64,000 nt of DNA from Trichoplax adhaerens (lineage: Eukaryota > Animalia > Placozoa), in assembly GCF_000150275.1 (NCBI RefSeq), contig NW_002060964.1, positions 62,001 to 126,000 of the forward strand, written 5' to 3'. The notes under the pieces are model-generated. The model had not been told where the DNA came from, made no database searches, and was given only the letters and a program-made list of their open reading frames with translations. The translations under genes and the position numbers were made by a program. This document shows, piece by piece, positions 43,497 through 58,977 of the stretch. Position 1 is the stretch's first letter. Each line of letters starts with the position of its first letter.

Positions 43497-46400
43497 TGCA
43501 GTTCAAATTAATCTATTGCCGAATGTAATCTTCAATTAAAAGCAAGCCTTTTAACTATCAAGTAATAAATTGATATCGTCGATAAGGATAGGCGATGGCT
43601 ATAGTATATAGCTTAAAGAAATATCCAATCTCCAATTTTAGGGCAATTTACTTAATGCATAAAACTGCACTTGCATAAATAACTTAAAATCAAGAAAATG
43701 TTTTAGAAACTTCCACAACCTCAGGATGTTAAACTTGCTGGCTAATATTGAATCTCAAATTTTCCGACTTGTTTTTATATGCTCCTACATACCAGCAAGC
43801 CATTGATGGTATAACAATAAGAGCAAGTTAACACTGTCAATGATTTGTATTTATTAATTGATCATCATTTTTTATTTTATGCCTTTGTTCCATTCTAATG
43901 TTATGATACCTTCAACTCATGATGAAGGATATTAGACAATGAGTCGGTATAAGCGAGGATTTAAAGATCAGAATTCCTTCAAGAGCTAAATTGCACAAAA
44001 TCTATCATTAATACTATCGAGACTTTAATAACGTTATGAAAGGATTCAAAGCTGTTTATCCAGCCCACCCCCTACTTTAGGACTTTGATTATGCTATTTT
44101 GTTGGACATTGTTTAATTTAGAATAGATTTAATTTCAACTTTTGTCATTAAACATATCGATATAATATATTTGAAGTAATCTATATTGATGGAACATGGC
44201 ACAAAAAATAGAGGAAACAAAAAAGTACTTAGCCAACTATGAACCCAATGTTTAATAATAGTTAATATTCAAACAGCACCTTCATTTACAACTATTTTAT
44301 GTGTCTTATTTTCTTTCAAGCCGTAATAGTATTGCATTATTGACTAGCTTTATTTAATGGTAATGTTAGAAATGAGGTTGAAATAAAATTAATAAATGAT
44401 CATTTTATTAAGTTGGCTAAAAATAAGGTTGAAATTTACTTGGATAGACATCAAAGTCATTGATAAAATAAGATTAATGAGCTATCATCTTCTTGAGTTG
44501 GCCATGGAAAAAGGATTCGATTCACGTACATCTACTTTCAGTCTAGATAGAATTGATTTGACAGCATGATAATGATTTTTTTGTCTATCCTTCATTTTTA
44601 TAGGAACCTTTAAGTTAGTACTATTGTGTTTTCTAAAACGTCGTTACGAATTTCATTCCTTTTTTTCATTAAAATCCATCCATTGATGTAATAAATGACG
44701 ACATGCACTCATTTCTGTCTTGGTGTCTACGATTGTGTGTCATACTTGTTTTGTCTTTTTACATATGACGATATCTATTTAATCATGTAGACTGTTCCAT
44801 GACAGTAATACGTACTTGAGCTTAGCTACGCCAACCTATTTTCAATGAATATTGTATACAGCTGACAAAATAAATGAATAAACATCCTAAGTGATGGGAA
44901 TTATTTTGATTATCAAGATACCGGATAGGGTGATCGATCAGTTTTGTCGAAAATGATCTGGTATTAATCATGTCTATAAAGCTACTATATAACAACGGTA
45001 GACGATCTGTTCCAGTCAAGCTCTATCCATCAAAATATTTCCATTATGACTGCAATGATGTTATTGTAAGGAAAGATATTCACGTCTTGTATTTGTCATT
45101 CGACAATAACCAACATTCAGTCTTAGAGTCATGACTAGGGGATTAAGTAAACAGCTGAATAGCAAGTAGAAAATGGATAGAAAGGTATTAATTGATGATA
45201 ATTAGGCATCCTAGACTGATAGGAAATGGATAGATCATATTTGATCGGGAATAAATCATTATGACCTTATACTTGACGTGAATTTTCAATCATGACCACA
45301 TCATTTGCTCCTCCTCTTTCCCTTTTTTGAATAATAATTTTACCTCTCCCTTCTGTTCAATCATAAGAGTAATATTGATCATTGATAAAAGTGAATGTCT
45401 TATTGCTTACTTCGGGAATGATAACAATGATCAAACTGAAGTAATTAATATATAAGTATAGCTAGATGTTATTGTAAAAGCATAAATAAATTATTTTACG
45501 ATTTAAACTTGACTCTGTTGATAGCATCTCCTATTCCGATAGAGCTAGACTTAATAAAATAGTCTCAGATCGAGATGACGGATAGAATAATATTAAATAA
45601 AAGCAACTCAAGAATGAATATAACTGTTAGATCGAAAAAAATAAGAATGAAAGCCTTGTCGTCTTAAGTCGACTACTAAAGAGTATTGATTTAGTCGAAG
45701 TAATGATTAAACTTTTGATTAGTAAGGTGTAAATTAAGATTAACTACTAATATCTACAACATAGGATTGCCTTAGCTTTGAAATCTATCTGTGAGTTATT
45801 TTTAGATTATAGTCTAAAATATTCAAAACTAGAGTTTCCATGCAAGTATAGATACTATTTATTTTTGCTGTGGTCATTTACGAAGATCGAATTAAAGTTA
45901 TAATTAGGATATTCCTTTCATTAAAATTAGTCTATCTATTGAAACCTTTCCTAACTACCTCCACCCCCATCTTCCTGGTCAACTTAATATAATTTCCTAA
46001 TTATCATCAGAACTAGCAACAGCAATATCAAATATTGATTACCACAAGGAGTTATTTAATGTTGATGCTATTGGAAATGATTTAATTTCTTTGATTGTTC
46101 TGCTTTGTGTATTAGACATGTCGCTTACTTTCTTGTGACGTTATGTAACTATCTAAGTGATGTTATAACAGTTGTTTCTTCTTTAATTGGATTATAAACG
46201 AGGCAGGACGATTGACATAGATTTTTATTAATTACTGATTATAATGCAGTAAAATAGCTCCAATCTTAAGCTATAATTTTTAAGTTCCAATTTTCTTGTG
46301 GTATTCTGCTATACTTCCAAGGTTAAAGATCTTTTTGAGATAATTATGCCAATATTGTATTTATTTACATCAGCTTGATTAAACAATAAACCAAAATTGA

Positions 46401-46545
46401 AAGTTTATGCGAAGATCCTGTAGACAATTAATTATTTTTATTCTTGATTTATATAGACAAAAATACCCAATCTTGACCAATTTGTGATTTTGCATAAATT
46501 GAAAAATAGATCGAATAGAAGAGTATGTTTAAAAATAACCTTAAC

Positions 46546-47181
46546 ATAGCTTTGAATCAATACTTAAAGGATTTAAGACTGAAATTACGGTGTCTACCGG
46601 TGATTATTATCCAGTTATTCCTTTCTTCTTACGATAGCCTTGCATCAGTAATCAATCATTTATTTAATCAATACTTCAAAATTTATCCGTTACCATTTTC
46701 CTTCTCATCATGATAGCTTTGAATCGTTATTGGATAAATGATTTAATAGTTAAACTAACTACCATTAATTATTGTCCAGTTTATCCTTTCTTCTTACAGT
46801 AATGTCATATCCAAAATCAATTATATAATTATTTAGTAAGTAGTTCAAATATACATCCATTACTATTTTTAAATTTTTTCTTTCTTCTTATAATAGCTTT
46901 GAATCAGTACCAAATAAGTTATTTTAATATTCTAAGTGTCTATAGATTATTATTATCCAAGTTTTCCTTCTTTCTACGATAACTTTGGATCAATATTGAG
47001 TAAATTGCTCCACAATTCATTTTACTACCAGTTACTATAATTACAATTATTATCTAGTTTTATCTTTCTTGTTACCATAGCCTTGAATCATTGCTCTATA
47101 GTTTTATTCCACGATTTTGAACTCTACCGATTATAATCCGTTATTCCAGCTCTCTTTCTTTTTACGGTAACCTTAAATCAA
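46546..47181. repeat. Degenerate tandem array, about 8 units of 79-98 bp
   Basis: Recurrent core (ttatccagtt..)ctttcttcttacgATAGC(C/T)TTGAATCA with anchors at about 46546, 46634, 46713, 46799, 46893, 46979, 47077 and 47167. Confidence 0.8.
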
Positions 47182-50100
47182 TTTACTATAATTATATTGA
47201 TTGTTAGAGCAATTGCCGGCTATTATCACGCAATTTTCTTTCCCAATCTTTCATTAGAATCTTATTTATATAAAACTTTTTCACATATGTATATATCTAT
47301 ATAAAGTTATCAATACATAGTAGCTGGCATTCATTATTGCAAAACACTTCTTCCATATCATTGTTGAATTAGTAAATCACCTTGCATCAGCACCTAAAGT
47401 AAATTATAAGTAATTATTGGCATTATGAAATAAAGCAATGAAAAAAGATGTTAATTAGGCATGTTAAAATTGAGTGTTTAGTTAAATAATGTCATTGTTG
47501 GATGATCTCCACATTTACTTGAAAGTAGAGCGGCTTTTTTGAAGAGAAGTATCCTTGGTTACTGGACTTAATAGTAGACTCTAATCATCAAGTAGGATAA
47601 CAACTGTAATATTATTCACAAAGTCAACATTTTTTACAACGAATAATCTAAAGTGGAATTGCAATAATATCATAGTGGACATATCACTCAATGTCAAAGA
47701 ATAATGTAAATTTATTACTGCTTTTAATTACTGTTTCTAGCTTGCTGTTCAATAGGGTATCGTTTTTAAAACAAATTCCACTTAAAATCGTCTCTACATG
47801 CCTATTCTTAGATCTTTCTTTCAAATATATGTACTGTATATTCATTATTTGTTATATCGCTGATTGAATAGTATATATGTATATGTTATATACTTAACAA
47901 GGTAGAAAAAGATATAAATCGTCTAATTGATTCTTTCGTTCTACTTGTTTAAAGTGCTTTTGAAGTTATCACTCATTTTAGGATATTTTTCAATTCTTTC
48001 TGTTGATGATTTATCCATCCGACGATTACAGGTGCAATACTAAAGAATATTGTGTTATTTATGTAGGAAGCTACCATTTGAACTTTTCCCAGGTCCTACA
48101 TCGAGTATTGATACGTTCCATTGGCCACTTCCTTATTATGCACGATCGGCAATTTCAATTACCAACTATAGACAGTTTACAGTAGATTTCCTTCAATCGA
48201 ATAGATTACATCAACAGATGCTTTCCAAAAATAAATATTGACTGATATAATCTATTGCAGTGGTTCACGTCTAATTTGTTCAATCCGTCAGTTAAAATAT
48301 ATAAAAGGTTACGTCTATTTTAGCGAAATAGTGTTCATCTTGAATTGGCTGAGGCTTAATTTTACGACTTTCATTTCTAACCAAAAGGCACTATTTATTA
48401 CCATGTCTACTTTTATCCAGTGCCAATACTACAGTAATAAAGCTATTTTTAAGTGAGTAACCTTAATATCTACTTTACTCAACATGTAAACAAAGTGAGT
48501 GAGTCAAGTATAGACTTCCGAGCTACCTGACGCTGAAAGAAAATGGTGGCTTTGGATAAATAAATTCTCATGTATTGACGACACTTTTTATCCAATTTTA
48601 GCACCCTACTAATTATGTAATGATATGGATAACGCCAAGATTAAAACAAACCAAGATAACGATAAGAATTTTCAGTATTGCGCCATAGAGGAGCCGTATT
48701 TATACTATTACACATCCATGAACGAGATTGAACTCAATACTTGTGCCAATATAGACCATAAATTATTCTATCTTACCTTAGTAGGATGGATTAGTCCATG
48801 TAATCGTATATACCAATATTGCCCGGATATATCGCTTTAAAGATATATATGGCTGCCTGTCTATATAGGGAATCCTGTTGTCTTTTCTATAGACGTCCTT
48901 AGAATCCCATACTCAATCGATATAACTGCTTATTATGTAAGGATTTAATGCTTCCTATGTCAGGATAATAGGGGTCTGTACGCATCTGTAGAGTTGGTAA
49001 TTTGTTCAAAATTAGTTTATACTTCATAATTGATTCATTTTCACTACCGGTTAATCAACTTGACGTTCATCTTAGGGTGATTCTAGTTGAAATTTCCAAG
49101 ATTTTATTTGTCTATGTTAAGGTTAAAATCGATAGCATACGTTGGATATTAATAATATCACAACAGATGCTCATGTTAAATTTCTGCTAGGTTAAGATAT
49201 TATATATTGCTGTGGTTTTAACTCAAAAATTTATTACAGCAAATAAAGTCTATGATATCCATTACACTAGCCTGAAATAAAGCAACTCTAACGATACAGA
49301 AGACGTCATATGAAATTATAGAATACCTTCTACAGCGTAATAAGGAACTTTATGTAAAGACAAAGTAACCTACAAATACTTCTAATTCATAGATAGACTT
49401 TGGATAGATCGATATTAGGGTAATAAAATTGTCTACTTATTTCTATAAAGGCGATGTATTTTCTGTCAAAAATCAAGTGATCGTCATGTCTATCAACAGC
49501 CTGCAAGGAATGAATGAATGATTTGATATCAATTAATATTATAAATAAGGAATAGGCATTAAGTCAAGATATTGTTGAAAACTAATAAATGAATTAGTCA
49601 AGTAGACAATAATGTCCTCATTGTTGGTGAATTGACAAGGCTATAGTGAAATTTAGAACTACTAAAGGACGATATCCTTACAGACGAAATATCCATTAGA
49701 AAACAAGAAAGGTATAAATAATTATACCATGATTGTTCCAAAAATATAAGCAAAGATGCTACCACTTAGGCCGATGAATCAATCAGGCCAACAAACTAAA
49801 CTGCTTATGCTATCATTAAATCATATTACTCCATTTCTGATTATGATTTTGTTGGAATAGATTTCCTCTTATAGTGCCCATGATTTTGTTAATGCCTTTT
49901 AAATCGATGTCAACCATTGTTTAAATTAGCATTATTATCAAAACTACGCTAAATGTTTGCTAATCATTTCCAGTTAGCTAATGTACCATAGGCAATAAAA
50001 ACATGATTGCCATAAATGATTTAATTTGAGCCTAGGTAGAAATAAAATTGAATTTTAAAGGTACTATAGCGTAACCTACCGTCTTATAAAACAAGTATTT

Positions 50101-53100
50101 AAAATGTGTTTTGTAATGACAAAATATCGAGGAAGAAGTTCCTAGAAATACTGAAGTGATGATGACGAAGGCGTAAAAAAATTGATAAAAATTTCATTAT
50201 CTTGGGAGAATTGTATGATGATGAAAGAAGATAATTGTAATAGCCAATAGAAAGGGTTTTTATCCGGTTTACACTTGCCTTAACAATACGGTTTAAGATT
50301 GCATTTAGGATAATCCACGCGCCCTAAAACATTAAAATTCTACTTTCTTTTTCTCTTTAGTATTTCATTATGCTTATTAAATTAACGAACGATTCGGTCT
50401 AAACTTCGATTTCAAGGCTTACTTCCGTAGTAGATTATACAATTTCAATACCTCTATACACTACTAGTTTTTAATAATAGTTACTCATTATTTATTCCAA
50501 ATTTTGGTAAAATGAGATAATGTATTACCGGAAAAGGATGACTCAGGATGTTAAAGATATTATACGACCAATATGACCCGACGTGCTACCGTAAATCTCC
50601 GAAATACTTATTTTACGCTTAAAATGAGTAGTATGTACATTTAATATAGAATATTAATATATTAAAACAGCCTCTTTGGAATTAGTACCTACTGATAGAC
50701 TATATATATGTTTCATGGAAATTTTTGTAAAGAGAGAGGCTTTATTAGTAGAAAAGCGTAATATTAGATATTCCTGTTATTATTGCATTTTCTATGATAA
50801 ATTAAAGACGGCAGTGCAATTTCATCCTCAAGTTACATTATAATGTCCGAGCGTAGTTCGATTTCAAAGAATGGTACAGTATAATGATAGATAACACTGT
50901 AAAAGTATTTGCCTGTCATTTCTATATGAATAGTTAAGCTTAGAATTTTGGCTGCATATCAGACTGGCTCGGACTTCGTTCTAGCTGCGTTTGGTTTTAG
51001 GTTATTAGTGCTCCTAGATAGCTACTAATGGTTTGAATTACTTATTGTAAAAATTTTTATTTTATTATAGAGCCTTAAATAAAAATTGACTTTCACGGAT
51101 AATGAAATATTTTATTTTCGGAGGAACGATTCTGTACACACAGATAGCATTACACCTCCAGTTGTAGTTTACAATTTGTCCAAATAGCCTGAAGCATATT
51201 AAATTTTATTAAGTAATCTAAATTAATTGATAAACTAGATTGAGGAATGATATGGCTGAAAATAACTTTTGACTAATACGATACTTCGTAATCCGTATAC
51301 AGATGCTAGATAGTAGTAATGAATGAGCTTATGACAAACCTTGTCGACATATTGATTAACAAAATAGATATGAAATGAATAATTACTTAATTAGCTTTAG
51401 GAAGCGTATGTATTGGTTGTTTATATCGTTCGATTTGGCATGATAGATAATAATCGTCCGGAAAACAATCATAAAGGGTAATATAATATGATTTCAATTG
51501 TATTTATAATTGATATAGAAATAAAATCTACAGTTGCTAGGATAAAATTAAGATGATAAGAATGTTAAAATCGCTTAGTCTTTGTTTATCTACTCCATCT
51601 GCTCTGACAAGAGTCCATCGCCGATTATTTAGATATTTTGAATTATTGGAATGTTCCATCCTATTTGGTAATAATTTCTTTATTAAACATGAAGGCATGG
51701 ATTTGAAGCTTATAAAAAACCTATTGCATGTTTTATCAAAAATGATAATGCTTATAATACCGCATATATTCTCGTATTAATGTATGGTCTAAAGACTGAC
51801 AATACCGCTTTTAAGATCAGTAGCTTCAAGGATTTTCTAATTAACAGGAATGAATTAATCTTAACCAGATGATGAGGTATATAGGGATTAATTAGACGAT
51901 TTTTGGACTATTTTGTATATGTTGAATGGAATAGCCGAAAAATAATGCCAGAATTGTATAGAGGCAGTAAAATGGCAATATTTGAAAGCCTTTGTATTTT
52001 ATTTCGAAGATATCTAGTTATCCAGATACGCATCGTATCATCAGAGATACTCTTAATGATGCTGAATATATTAATTGGCTTTTGAAAGCCGCAATTATTA
52101 TAGATATTGTAAGAATCGATGTCATTCTTAGCAATAATATTGAAATATCAAAGTCTGCTCATAATATTTTGTTACTGATTCTAATTTCATAACGATAATT
52201 TTTTTTTCGAAGACATTGGGTTGTGTGGAGACAAGTTACGATTAAAGCTATCCTTAATAATACAAAAAGTTTTATTAATTTGCTAGCAAAACCTGTTATT
52301 GTTGTAGATATTGAAAAATTAAACTCAGCTGTAGCAACAATGTTGCGGTATCATGGCTTGCCCGTGGAACTTTGAGATTAATTCAACACGCATCTTTATG
52401 GTTTCACCTACTATATTAATCTTTAAAAGATTTTAGTTATGCAGATTTCCAGTTATAACTTAAGATACTCTCAATTAATAAAATTATTTATTAGTGATTT
52501 GTAAAGGTTGTACTTATTGTAGAAACTATAAGATTTGATGCTGGTCTTGATACGAATATTGAATTACTGAGCTAACGGAACTTGCCTGCATAATTATGGC
52601 TGTTTTATTAGTGATACGAGTATTATGTTGATGTAGACAACAGGATACATCCAAGAATAATAGAATATATCAATATTAAACTTTGTCAATCGAGGTTTCC
52701 CCAAAGCTGTAAATAATTGACTTCTTATTGATCTAAATTTATAATTGTTTATGCACCAATGCATGTAAATACTTGCTATACGCGTATTTGATGAAAATTG
52801 ATTTAATTTCAGCGCGTTTGAAACCTTTACCTACAGTTAAATCCACATAGACGTGATTAATTTTAAATAGGTACCCAAAAGACTTCTTATACTCCTAGAA
52901 GTTGTTATATTCGTAATATTAAACGTATTATATCTTTGTTTTAGCTCTCTTTACTTAATTTATAATTTAACATAACCATTAAGTCTAAAATTAAATTTCC
53001 AATCAGTAACGTAGCTAAACATGCCATAACTCCTCATATCTTCTTATTATATAAAAATATTAATTTCATCCTATAAATTACGTTTAATATAGATCTAGCC

Positions 53101-56100
53101 GTAAACACATTTTATAAATATGTTTAAACCCTTACAATTTGACGTGGTTTGATTATATAAAATATTTGCCTATACGACAAATAAGTCATATTTAATTTTT
53201 GTTGAATTTTAGGCCGGCATATTAGCTGCAAACTCCAAAAAGATCTTGATACGAACCCGTATGAACATTTAAGAGCTAGTTCTAGTTGTTTTAATCAACC
53301 TCAACTTCGATAATGAACTTGCTTTTATGCTATTAATTTATAGCATAAAATGAAGACAATGATTTTCATCTTATTCATCTACATGGATGTTTTTTTGTGC
53401 CTTTCCCCTATATATTAAACATGACAAATTACAACATCAAAATTTATATGGTGACTAAGAGCGATGATCATAAATTTGTTAATATGCCAACACTTGCGAA
53501 TCTATGAAAGAGTTCCTCATGGCAGATCATCAATGTATTCGGATTTGCATCGCATAAATTCGGCGATATAGGTGATAGATTAATGTAACGCAAAATTAAT
53601 TGATGACTCTAATCGTTAAGGAATAAATACGATTACATAATCATCAATAGAAAAAAACTTAGTCTATTTATTATAATAGCTACGGCAATAACATTGATTG
53701 AATGTATTAATTGAGTTCGGTCCCATACTATTCATTAGCTGCTGATATCCGTAAGCTTTAAGATCCATCCTACTGTTCTTATTGGAAATATCGCTAAAAC
53801 TTTTCCGTATAATGCGTACTGCTGGTAATACAGTATACTTATTTTTTTCAAATCAGACTACTAAAGATCATTGTTGCCGGTATCAAATGAAATTATTCGC
53901 ATATTCTTTATGTTAAAGTGAATCTGTAGTTGTAAAATGTTTGTTTGATTATAATTATTATTAAAATTGTCAGAATTTGCATAAGTTTACGATTATAGCT
54001 TATTATTAAATTCTTACAGTTGTATACCAGCCTAAAAAATTATATATTTTGAGGCTGGTCTGAAGCAGTAAGAACTTAATAATGATAATCGTTTACACTA
54101 TTCTTCATTAGATTGATCGTTATCAACCGTTGATATATTGCCATCTTTACGAAATTTTACTGGTGATTATGATAAAATTATTGCTTGACTTTTAATTATT
54201 TAGATCGCTGTAGATATTAATTAATTAATAAGATCATTCTTTATGGAAATTTAAATAATAAAGAAAGTTTTTGGATTCCTTTTTAAACAATAATAACCTT
54301 CCAGATGTAATCACGTAGATGTGGTTAATTAAACATAAAATTGCAATGATTATTGTGGCATTATCTGCCTCTGATGATGCAGTTTATTTCTCTCACCGAT
54401 TCCGGTCACCACCGGTTCATTATGATCTTTACTTTATATCACTAACTTCATTAAGATAGTTTTTAGTTTTGGGCTATAGTTCATAAGTCATTTATGTAAA
54501 CTAAGAAGTTTTCAAATATGAAGAAAGATAATAATCGACTATAATAATTAGGTTAAACTTAGATTGAAAAATTAACTAACAATTATGAAATTTTTATCGT
54601 TATTGTTTTCCTAAGAGACTATCCAAGTTTATACGTGTTGGTATTACGATTCCATTACGAGATTCTTTAAGATATTTTGCCTGTATTTACAGAAATTCTT
54701 ACTGATTTCACTTGGGCAGTTTTTAATGTTGGCTATAGACTTAAATATTAATCGTTTACTGATCTGAATATGCTAATATGTTTACGTAAGATTAGCATAG
54801 CATGTAGTGGAGTGCATGGAGACAAAATAGGATACTTGGACTACTCAAGAAGGCGATAAGGCAATGTATGGACTACTTAGATAGTTAAATGTTGTGCCCT
54901 TAAATTAGTAGAATCTTTGAAATTACGGAAGCTGATAAACATAGATCTACTAGGACTACTACTGTAGAGTTATGTACGTACTGGTTGGAGACAACTGCTG
55001 GTTTCTTCAATCCCTGTGTAGAGCTATGTACTTCTCTAATTTCAATTAGACTCAAAGAAATTTTTTGAAAGAAATTTAAATTATGGATAATACTAGCTCT
55101 TGCCTTTGAACGTAGCGGCGACTGCATGAGTGCATATTGATTTAATTGTGTTCAACTTTAATCAACAACACTTTTTGAAAAATAAAAAAACGAATGGTAA
55201 CTGCGATAGCAGTTTTCTTCGCCGATCTTGATGCGATATTTTTTAATATATAGTTATTGCGATGACAAAAGGACACCTACATTTGATATGGTAAACAGTC
55301 ATGCTTAGTATATTTCTGTTGGGGTCAGTTTGAATAATTATTTAGCTGGTTTAAATAGTTTTATACAAAATTCGAGAATTTGAATTAATTTAATTACTCT
55401 TGTAACAGCGTATGCAGCACCTAAACGCAACGATAACTTCCACATTTGAAGTCTATCTGGTTATTAATTAAATCGTATTATTGGCAATAAGGATTTGCAT
55501 ATATAACTATACGAAGTTGGTATCTTGTAAAAAATAACAGATGCTTCTGTATGGATTTATGCAAACCTTACCGATTATATCATTTCAACTAACTCCGTCA
55601 TTTCTACATCTTAAAGAGATAACGTTAGTAAATTATCCCGATTAACATTTTAAATTTTAGTACCCTTACTATGCTGATTGACAATATTGTTGTCAGGATA
55701 ACGGCGTAATTTTATTATTAGCATCAAAACGCTAACTTGACATTGATTTAGCGATTGATTGAAGCAAGATAAATGCAGAAAAATTCGACATTGATTGCTC
55801 GGTGGTTTAAAATATTATTCCGTAACATGGCCTTGTTAATGTTAACAATGGCTTACGAAAGAAGTTTCGACATGAAATAAAGACAAAAACATTAATAATA
55901 AGTTCAGATATGATATTAATAGTAATTTAAACTAGTGCGATATACTATTTAATTTTAAATACACATGGCATTAATTGAATATAAATTACAAGATCATGGC
56001 ATCGTTATAATCAATAACTTTCTATTTCAGAAATGTGACTACGTGGCATAAAGTCATTTAAAGTAATCGAAAAAATATAATGGTTATTCATGTTATGATA

Positions 56101-56838
56101 ACGTGTTGTAAACAAGGTATTATGCTAGATTCTTGCTTAAAATACATAGCCATCTACGTTAGATACATTATGTTATTAAAACAAGCATAATTTTATGCTA
56201 CCATTAAACCATTAAAAAGTATTGACATTATAGGTTTGATTCGAGATATGGTACCTATCGAATGAGGTAGAATTCCAACAACTAAATTTTAAATCAGTTT
56301 TACTTGAATCGTTAGAAATAATAACATTAAGGTAGAATAACAAAGTGATTGTTCTAACCAATTATTACAATGTAACATGATTTTTTGCAGAACATGTTGA
56401 TTTTATTTGTTTCTCTTGACATTATTTAATAATTGACTAATCAATAGTAGTTGTACTGGTATAGTAAATCGGTAAGATTGATTAACTGATTTTGTTATAC
56501 AATAATAATGATCAGGCAGTTATCGCATCTCATGCTTTGATAACGCGAATAACATAATTAGGATCGGTCTATTCCATAGCTATAGATTACTGTTTTAACC
56601 CTACAATTATAGTGATCTCGATTTCGTGTCAAATATTGGTATAACAATCTCCTGACCTTATCGGTATTGACAGCTCAAGAAAATTAGATCGATTATTCTT
56701 ATATCTCCATAATCTATCAGATGCTACTTAGATAGTGATATTCAAACCCTTTATATACCAAACTTTCGGAAGAATACATATTCAACAAGCTCGAAAGGAG
56801 CTGATGAATAATTACATAAATATATACATCTTTTACAG

Positions 56839-58977
56839 TTATTGACCAATTTCAATCCTTTCGTTACAATTGACACGTTTATCAATTTCGAGTTGTGCTG
56901 CTGCTACCTGATTTTTAATCTGTTTGACCTTTAACAGTACACCCTCTGACGGTAATTAGTAAAAGAAATTTAGACAATCAATTGAAACTAATAAATTTTC
57001 GGATTTATTTTAAGTAAAAGTTATATCAGTGATAATATATCAGTACTAAAAGAAACCTACCGGCTCTTGTAATAGCTTCTACAAGTTGTTGGCGAGCCTG
57101 TGCATTTTCTTCTTGTAATCTTTCGATCGCTTTTTCCTACATAGATAAATCATAACAATGACGCATGAGTAAAGAAAATTAAGAAATGCAGTTTACATTC
57201 AGTCAAGTAAGAAAATACATTATCAGTTTTAGAAGAAAAGTTATTATTTTATTCTTTGAAATTATCCATTTTAATTTTAATGATGGTTACTCTCCGTAGT
57301 ATTTCGGTTACAATGTAGTAGACTACTTGTGCCATTCATTGTGAAAAACCCTAAGCGCTTAGTTCCAATTATTAAATTACGAAATGGATTTTTAAGTTTA
57401 TAGTCATAATCATTGTCATATTCAACTCTATCTTTGTTTGATATTGGTATCAACTTCTGCTAGCTGACGACAACTTGATTTTAGCAGTGCTTTTGTATAT
57501 ATATATATATATGACGGTTATGATTTGACGCATCAGAGTGTTACAGATGTTTTTACATGGAATTGGATTACATTATGTAACAGTCGATGAAGAGGATATC
57601 ATTTTCGTTGCTATTCTGGCTCTGTCCTGCTTTATACGTATTTGGTTGAAATTTGTTTAACCATTATTCATTAGTAATAGTGGACGTAGAGTAAATGACG
57701 GCTTTAGATGCGGCCTGTCCTGTCTAAATCAGTAACATCAACGAATGCTTGCAATGCAAATACCTGATTTTGTTGCGAGACACGAATATCGGGTAAGGAA
57801 GTAATAATGTAGTCGATATCTTGAGCGGTCCGAGTAATCAAGGTAGCAAAAACGTCTAAATTGTCTATCGTTATAGCAAGAAAGAATGTTTTAGTTGAAG
57901 GTCAAGTTGAACTTCATATATCTACACTCTTCTAGGTAGATTAAATATACTTTGTGTCATTTCATGACAGGAATTACAGTATTGGCATTAATCATACTGC
58001 TTTTAAATGATTCTTTATCATGATACATTACTTCTTTTACTTCGTAATTAATTTTTTATACGCAACTGTGGTACTGTATGGCAGGAATTTTAATAATGAG
58101 TGCAGATAGGTAGCACAACTTACTTTCTACATTTTCACCATTCGTAGTCGGATTGTGAACGGCTAGATAGGATACCGTGTTTGAATAGAGAATTTGGTTA
58201 GTTTGCATCCATTGAATACTTAATAAGCCTATAAGCATAGTCTAGAAATTCATGAAAGTATTTTATACGCATACAGTCATCGACGATCAAAAAGACAGTT
58301 TGTAGAAACAGTTGGGTTAGTCGACGTCTGGTAAATTCTTAATCACTTCATATAGTACTGAAGGCATACAGTAGATATCATATAGGCTGTTGGTCGGATG
58401 ATTCAACATCCCTGGAAGTATTCTATACTATTCATTATCAAAATCACTTTTGCATTCTAGGGTTATATTAAGTAAGAATCATCATCAATCCATTTTGTAT
58501 GATACGCAGTATGCACAACTGTCTATTGTATAGCCAACTCAAGTAGTCAGAGTAAGGCTATACTTATTTTATGGTCAGACTAAAAGTAGAAACGCTTCTA
58601 GCTTAGCTATGAAATACCAGTCGATAGTTACTATAGGGTTGAATATGATACACGTATACTCTATAGAGCCTACTTATGGATTTATTCGTGGAGATATAGT
58701 ACTACTCAACTGACTATATCCTACCTCGGTCGTGGCTTTCAAATTCATCAAAATAACTTAACGGCGCCGATTGTTGTAGAACTCCAACGCTGTCGCAAAG
58801 ATGTTGAGCTAGCTGTTATAATTATGCATAGTATACAGAAATAAAAGGTAGAATTAAAGCTAAAATGATTTACAAGATAACTTGATGAATATTGTTCAAT
58901 CTACTTGCATGGATCAATCAATCTAATCAACTTACTTGGTTGACAGCGTCTTGTAACTGCGATAATCTGTCCGCCAT
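56839..58977 (-). CDS. MED21: Mediator subunit 21 (Srb7), 5 exons
   Basis: MADRLSQLQDAVNQ|LAQHLCDSVGVLQQSAP..|NLDVFATLITRTAQDIDYIITSLP..|EKAIERLQEENAQARQQLVEAI..|EGVLLKVKQIKNQVAAAQLE. Confidence 0.93.

Noticed and set aside
46546-47181. CRISPR-like repeat-spacer appearance
   Set aside because: Eukaryotic context, degenerate repeats, spacers related to each other and no cas genes
51553-52192. Harbinger-like transposase fragment (ESLCILFRR..SYP) or decayed GPCR on the opposite strand
   Set aside because: A single short motif needing a frameshift; no DDE residues, terminal repeats or coherent 7TM pattern
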